Positions 58,906 to 64,000 of a stretch of 64,000 nucleotides of DNA are shown in pieces. The DNA is taken from positions 1,696,001-1,760,000 of the forward strand of contig CAVTTN010000002.1 in the NCBI GenBank assembly GCA_963737655.1, in the 5' to 3' direction. The notes under the pieces are model-generated. The model worked only from the letters and a program-made list of their open reading frames with translations. It was not told the origin of the DNA and did not search any database. The stretch's first letter is position 1. Each line of letters starts with the position of its first letter. A program made the position numbers and the translations under genes. The DNA is from an uncultured Planctomycetota bacterium (GTDB lineage Bacteria > Planctomycetota > Planctomycetia > Isosphaerales > Isosphaeraceae).

Positions 58906-60651
58906 ATGAAAGTCGGGATCGTCTTCGCCGGGATCTCCATGCTCTCCCTGGCCGCCTCGGCCCTGGCCTTCGAGGGGAAGCCGGAGGACGCGAAGCTCGA
59001 ACGCTTCTTCCGCGATTATCTCGACGAGAGCTTCCGGGTCAGGCCGATGCTCGCCACCTCCCTGGGCGACCACCGGTTCGACGACCGGCTCGATGACCTC
59101 TCGCCGGACGCCCGGGCCGCCGACCGGGCCCGCGTCCGCAAGGCGTTGGCCGACCTGCCGAAGGCGGTCTCTTCCAAGGAACTCTCGCGGGATTCGCAGA
59201 TCGATTACGAGATCCTCGAACAGAGCCTCCGCCGCGAGGTCTGGCTCGACGAGAACTTCGCCCCGTTCGAGGACGATCCCAGGACCTATGGCCCGTACCT
59301 GACGGACAGCGTGTATTTGCCCCTGGTGCAGTCCACCCTGCCGAAGGAGACGAACGTCAAGAACGCCCTGGCGAGGATGGCGCTGATCCCGAAGGTGGTG
59401 GACGTGGCCCGGACCACGATCAAGGACCCGCCCAGGGTCCGGGTGGACACCGCGATCCGCCAGACCGATGGCGCCATCCACTTCTATGAATCCGAGGTGT
59501 TCGAGCTGTCCGGCCAGGCGAAGGGGTCGGGCGAGATGGGCGAGAAGGCGGCGAGGATCGTCGAGGCCCTGCGCCGCCATCGCGAGTTCCTGAAGGCCGA
59601 GGTCTTGCCGAGGTCGACCGAATCCTGGCGGATCGGGCCCGAGAAGTTCGCGAAGAAGCTGGAATTCGAGCTCGACGCGAACATCTCGGCCGACGAGGTG
59701 CTCAAGGAGGCGGAGGCCGAGGCGGTCCGCGTCGAGGCCGAGATGCTGGCGATCGCGAGGGTCCTGTGGTCGTCGATGTTCCCGACCGAGCCGGTCCCGC
59801 CGGACGACGCCCCGGGCCGACGCGCCACGGTCGCCCGCGTCCTGGCCGAGGTCGCCAGGGACCACGGCACGCCCGAGTCGCTGGTCTCCGACGCGAGGGC
59901 GACGGTCGCCCAGATCAAGGCGTTCATCGCCGAGAAAGACATCCTCGGCCTGCCCGAGCCCGACCGGTGCCGGATCGTCGAGATGCCCGAGTTCAAGCGA
60001 GGCGTGTCGGTCGCCTACCTCGAACCGGCCCCTCCTCTGGATACCCGGGGCGTCAGCGAGTACGCGATCAGCCCTCCGCCGAAGGACTGGGACGCCGCGA
60101 AGGTGGCGAGCTACCTGGGCGAGTATAACAAGGCCATGCTCAAGATTTTAACCATCCATGAGGCGTATCCCGGCCACTACGTCCAGCTCGAATACGGCAA
60201 TCGCTGCCCCTCGACGATCCGCCGGGTGCTGTACTCGGGCGTGTTCGCCGAGGGCTGGGCGGTGTACACCGAGAGGATGATGCTCGACCAGGGATTCGGC
60301 GGCGGCGACTTGAAGCTGAGGCTCCAGCAGTTGAAGTTCTACCTCCGGGCGGTGGTCAACGCGATCCTGGATAATCGGATGCACGCCGGGACCATGACCG
60401 ACGCCGAGGCGATGGAGCTGCTCGTCGGCCGGGCGTTCCAGACCGAGGGGGAGGCGCTGGGCAAGATCGTCCGGGCGAAGCTGACGAGCTGCCAGCTCTC
60501 GACGTACTTCGTCGGCCGGCTGGCGTTCCACCGGCTCCGGCAGAAGGTCCAGAGGGAGCGGGGGGAATCCTTCCGGCTCGGGAGGTTCCACGAGGCCGTC
60601 CTGGGCCACGGGACGTTGCCGGTGAAGTACCTGCCGGAGCTGGTCAAGTAG
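58906..60651 (+). CDS. DUF885-family secreted protein
   Basis: AT.LGDHRFD, HEAYPGHY, EGWAVY, FHEAVL.HG.LP. Confidence 0.92.
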   Translation: MKVGIVFAGISMLSLAASALAFEGKPEDAKLERFFRDYLDESFRVRPMLATSLGDHRFDDRLDDLSPDARAADRARVRKALADLPKAVSSKELSRDSQIDYEILEQSLRREVWLDENFAPFEDDPRTYGPYLTDSVYLPLVQSTLPKETNVKNALARMALIPKVVDVARTTIKDPPRVRVDTAIRQTDGAIHFYESEVFELSGQAKGSGEMGEKAARIVEALRRHREFLKAEVLPRSTESWRIGPEKFAKKLEFELDANISADEVLKEAEAEAVRVEAEMLAIARVLWSSMFPTEPVPPDDAPGRRATVARVLAEVARDHGTPESLVSDARATVAQIKAFIAEKDILGLPEPDRCRIVEMPEFKRGVSVAYLEPAPPLDTRGVSEYAISPPPKDWDAAKVASYLGEYNKAMLKILTIHEAYPGHYVQLEYGNRCPSTIRRVLYSGVFAEGWAVYTERMMLDQGFGGGDLKLRLQQLKFYLRAVVNAILDNRMHAGTMTDAEAMELLVGRAFQTEGEALGKIVRAKLTSCQLSTYFVGRLAFHRLRQKVQRERGESFRLGRFHEAVLGHGTLPVKYLPELVK

Positions 60652-60774
60652 GGTGCATGAGATGCACCGAACCGGGTCAGGGCGACGTCCGCAACCTTCT
60701 TCCGTCCCTTGGGGAGGAGGAATGAGGTTGCGGCCCTTGGCCGCCGCAGGGTTGGTGCATTTCCTGCACCCTAC
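60648..60774. repeat. REP-C inverted doublet between convergent genes
   Basis: GTAGGGTGCATGAGATGCACC ... GGTGCATTTCCTGCACCCTAC. Confidence 0.85.
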
Positions 60775-61202
60775 ACCATCGGGAAGAGTCCGGTGACGGG
60801 CATGAGGTCGCCGTCGGGGTCGGCCGGGAGGTTGGGGATGCTGGGCGGGGCCGCCGGGGCCTTGTTGGGCCGGTTCTGAGCGGGGCTCGGGGCCTTGCGA
60901 GGGGAGGGCGCGGGGGCGTCGTCCTCGAACCGGAAGACCAGGGGGCCGATGGCGACCTCGTCGCCCGCGCGGAGGCGGGCTTCCTCGGTGCGGTCGCCGT
61001 TGACCCAGACGCCGTGGCGGCTGCCCAGGTCGCGGATCAGGAGCCGGTCATCGGCCAGGGCGAGGCAGCAGTGCCTCCGGGAGACGGCGGGCAGGTCGAT
61101 CCGGACGTCGCACTCGGGGTGACGGCCCAGGAGGAGGACCGGACGCAGGAGGGGGACGACCGGCGCGGAGCCGGCGATCAGTGGGACGAGTCGGGCCGGC
61201 AT
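60771..61202 (-). CDS. FHA domain protein
   Basis: GRHPECD, VSRRHCC, DLGSRHG..VNG. Confidence 0.88.
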   Translation of the reverse strand: MPARLVPLIAGSAPVVPLLRPVLLLGRHPECDVRIDLPAVSRRHCCLALADDRLLIRDLGSRHGVWVNGDRTEEARLRAGDEVAIGPLVFRFEDDAPAPSPRKAPSPAQNRPNKAPAAPPSIPNLPADPDGDLMPVTGLFPMV

Positions 61203-61792
61203 TCGTGGTCCTCGTCCTCGTCGATCTCCAGGTCCTCGCCGTCGAGGTCGGCCGGGGCGTCCTGCGGCATCTGGACGATGACCTGGATGCGGCACTTGTC
61301 GGCCACGGCGGCCGGGAGCATCTCGCGGACGGCGGCGGCCAGGGGGTTGTCCTCGTCCCGGGGGCCGTGGAGCTGGCCGGGGGGCGTGGCCGTGGGGATC
61401 GACGGCCGGAGGCGGAGGCCGGGGCCGTGGCCGCCCGCGCCGTTGCGGTCGGGGCCGTGGCGGTCCGGGCTGCGGTCCTCGGGCGCCCCGGCGACGGTCA
61501 TCTCCTGGCCGTTGCCGTCGTCGACCCGGTAGCGGATGTGGGCGATCGACAGCTCGTCACCGATCCGGAGCCGGCCCTTCTCGACCCTCTGGCCGTTGAT
61601 CCGGATGCCGTTGGTGCTGCCGAGGTCCTTGACGATCACTTCGCCGTTGTCCGGCGTCATGCAGCAATGCCGGCGCGAGACACGTATGGAATCGAGCCGG
61701 GCGTCGCACTGGGGATGGCGGCCCACGACCAGCATTTCGCGGTCCAGCGGGATGTCAGGCCCTTCATCCAAGGCCACCAAGCGTACGGGCAT
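61178..61792 (-). CDS. FHA domain protein
   Basis: GRHPQCD, VSRRHCC, DLGSTNG..ING. Confidence 0.9.
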   Translation of the reverse strand: MPVRLVALDEGPDIPLDREMLVVGRHPQCDARLDSIRVSRRHCCMTPDNGEVIVKDLGSTNGIRINGQRVEKGRLRIGDELSIAHIRYRVDDGNGQEMTVAGAPEDRSPDRHGPDRNGAGGHGPGLRLRPSIPTATPPGQLHGPRDEDNPLAAAVREMLPAAVADKCRIQVIVQMPQDAPADLDGEDLEIDEDEDHECRPDSSH

Positions 61793-62079
61793 GGGGCGAG
61801 TCCTGGACCGAAAATCTTGGCCGGTCACATAGTCTATTCGAGTGCGAGGGCCGGATACTTCATTATAGATCCGACTCCCGCCAGGTTTCCAGCGTCAAAT
61901 CGCGGAACTTGGCAAACCTGGCCATTCGCGTCGTGACGGGGCGACGCCGCCTCGCCCGGCCGGGCCGACTCTCGGCCCCGATCTCGATGCCAGGCGATTG
62001 TGAGCGTCCCTTCCGGGGCTGTCAACGAATTTTTCTCCTCCGCAAAAGGAATGCCGGCCCCTCGGGGCGGGCCGATCGA

Positions 62080-63119
62080 TCAGTGGGTGTCAAGTCTAAT
62101 TAGGTTTTGTTCGGTCCGAACAAGGCGGGCTGCCCCCCGCCGACCGGTGGCGAGCCAGCCCACCGCGTCGGCCAGGGAGGCGTCGATCGATCGAGGTTCC
62201 AGGCCCAGGGCGGCCAGGCTCCTCGAGGCGTCGAAGTGCATCGTCCTACGGGTCAGTCGCACTCCCGTGACGCTGGCCTGGGGAGATCGGCCGGTGATCC
62301 GGTCGGCCCAGAACTCGCTGGCGACGGCGAAGGCCAGGGCGACCGGATAGGGGACCCGGCGGCGGGGGGCCGGCACGCCGGAGATCGCCTCCAGCTTCGC
62401 GAACAGCGATTCCAGGGTCAGGTTCGCCCCTCCCAGGAGGTAGCGGCGGCCGGGCTCGCCCACGTCCCGGACCCGGATCAGCCCCTCGGCCACGTCGCGG
62501 ACGTCGATCAGGTTCAGCGAGCAATCCAGGAGGGCCGGGACCCTGCCCCGGCAGAAGTCCCGGATCAATCGCGAGGGGGGAGAGAGCCGCGGTCCCCGGG
62601 GCCGACCGGCATCGTCGGGTTGGCGATCAGGACCGGGTGGCCGGCGTCGGCCCGTCGCCTCGCCGCGACTTCCGCCCGGAGCTTGGAGAGGCAGTACGGG
62701 CCGACGGCGTCGCGCTCGGTGACCTCGACGTCCTCGGCGATCGGCCCGGTTCGCCTCGCGCAGGTCAGGATGCTCTCGGTGCTCACGTGGACGATCCGCT
62801 CGGCCCCCTCGGCGATGGCCGAATCCAGGACGTGGGTTGTCCCCCGGTGGTTCACGGCGTCGAACTCGCGGCGGTCGCGCACCCAGAGGTTCGGGTTCGC
62901 CGCGAGGTGGAAGACGTGCCGCGCCCCGCGCATCGCCTTGCTCACGGCCGAGGGGTCGCGGATATCGGCCCGGACGGTCTCGACCCCCTCGGGCAGGTGA
63001 TCGACGCTCGCCCCGGGCCTCTCGACCACGCGGACCCGCCGCCCTTCGCCCACCAACTGCTCGACCAGGTGGCTGCCGATGAACCCGGCTCCTCCGGTGA
63101 CGACCGTCAGTTCGTCCAT
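62080..63119 (-). CDS. NAD-dependent epimerase/dehydratase (HpnA-like), frameshift near 62575
   Basis: TGGAGFIG, HLAA, YCLSK, NP..GPGD; continues IDVRDVAEG..GRRYLLGG. Confidence 0.88.
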
Positions 63120-63200
63120 GACGCGAGACTCCTGCTTTCCCTGGGCGCTCCTCCCGGCATCATGGCCGAAATGGCTCGATCGGGCGAGGCGAGTTCGCCG

Positions 63201-64000
63201 TCATCGGGGCGGGACGACGCGGAAGAGGTCGGGGGAGGGCCGGGACTCGTCGATCGGTCCCGCCAGGGGCATGGGCTCCAGGACCCCGGCCTCTCGGAGC
63301 CTCTCGAAGGCGTCCTTCGAGACGAACGGGGTGTAGCCGTAGCCTCCGGGCTTGCGGTGACGGCCGATCTCGAACCAGTCCACATAAATGTGGGTGATCC
63401 CGCGATCGGCCAGGGCCCGGCCGACCTCCCCGGGCGTCCTGTCCCGGGCGAGCGCCTCGAAGATGTCGTCGTTGAACACGGTGTTGTAGACCGGTTCATG
63501 ATTCATGTGGAACACGGCCGCCTGGCCGATCAGCAGGGGCCGGGCTCCCGGGGGGAGCGTGGCGTCGAGGCCCGCCAGCCAGGGATTGAGCCTGAGCGGG
63601 ACGTCTTTCCGGAGGAATTCGAGGTCTCCGGTCCACTCGTTGAAGGCGGTGAGCGCGGACGACCCATAGGCGAAGTTCGTCAGGGTCGCCACGGTCATCA
63701 CGAACGCCAGGATCGCCGTCCACGCCCGGGATCGCGACCAGTCCGCCCCGATCCCCGCCAGGATCGCCAGGGGGGGCAAGAGCGGGAGCCAGAAGCGATC
63801 CAGGCGGTGGGTGAAGAGCCACCACGTCGCGAAGATGTAGGACACGTAGGCCCATAAGACAAGCGAAAGCTTCCGAGATCGGGGCCGCACGAGAGCCAAG
63901 GGCGCCAGGGCGACGAAGAGGACGGATTGCCAGTCCGACCGGCCGGCGATCTCCAGGAGGGCGTCGGTGAAGGCGGGCCAGGACGGGGGCCTCGGGCCGT
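63201..64000 (-). CDS. Multi-pass membrane protein (GT-C/ArnT-like), partial at window edge
   Basis: WWLFTHRLDRFWLPLLP, GITHIYV. Confidence 0.7.
   Translation of the reverse strand, partial: GPRPPSWPAFTDALLEIAGRSDWQSVLFVALAPLALVRPRSRKLSLVLWAYVSYIFATWWLFTHRLDRFWLPLLPPLAILAGIGADWSRSRAWTAILAFVMTVATLTNFAYGSSALTAFNEWTGDLEFLRKDVPLRLNPWLAGLDATLPPGARPLLIGQAAVFHMNHEPVYNTVFNDDIFEALARDRTPGEVGRALADRGITHIYVDWFEIGRHRKPGGYGYTPFVSKDAFERLREAGVLEPMPLAGPIDESRPSPDLFRVVPPR

Overview
High-GC bacterial DNA, most likely a planctomycete and probably Isosphaeraceae-like (inferred from DUF1559, a planctomycete-type LExLExRxLLS N-terminal motif, PEP-CTERM proteins and WxxGxW-repeat proteins). The left end (about 0.2-5.7 kb) is an accessory islet with two different IS630 elements around a TlpA-like gene. 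It is followed by leuA with an apparent Leu-rich leader-peptide attenuator, nagB, surface proteins, a PAS kinase/NarL pair, toxin-antitoxin modules and a sulfatase-like gene. The most striking locus (31.1-37.5 kb) is a compact flagellar-type export operon (fliF-fliG'-fliG''-fliO-fliP-fliQ-fliR-flhB). Its proteins appear remodelled away from rotation and substrate switching: FliG lacks the middle domain and the torque charges, there is a free extra FliG-C, and FlhB has GPGN instead of NPTH. A perfect DnaA box lies in its putative promoter. Further right are a ComEC-hydrolase fusion, a Tyr/Pro/Gly repeat protein, a kinase plus divergent enolase pair, BlaI-BlaR(M56)-DUF1559 with visible operators, an ECF sigma operon, DUF885 and tandem FHA genes. 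Intergenic space is dense with palindromic elements, including four GTAG-REP families that are nested or supply stop codons. About 11 single-base frameshifts are probably sequencing errors. No rRNA, tRNA or CRISPR array was seen. All family assignments come from motif recognition by eye, not database searches.
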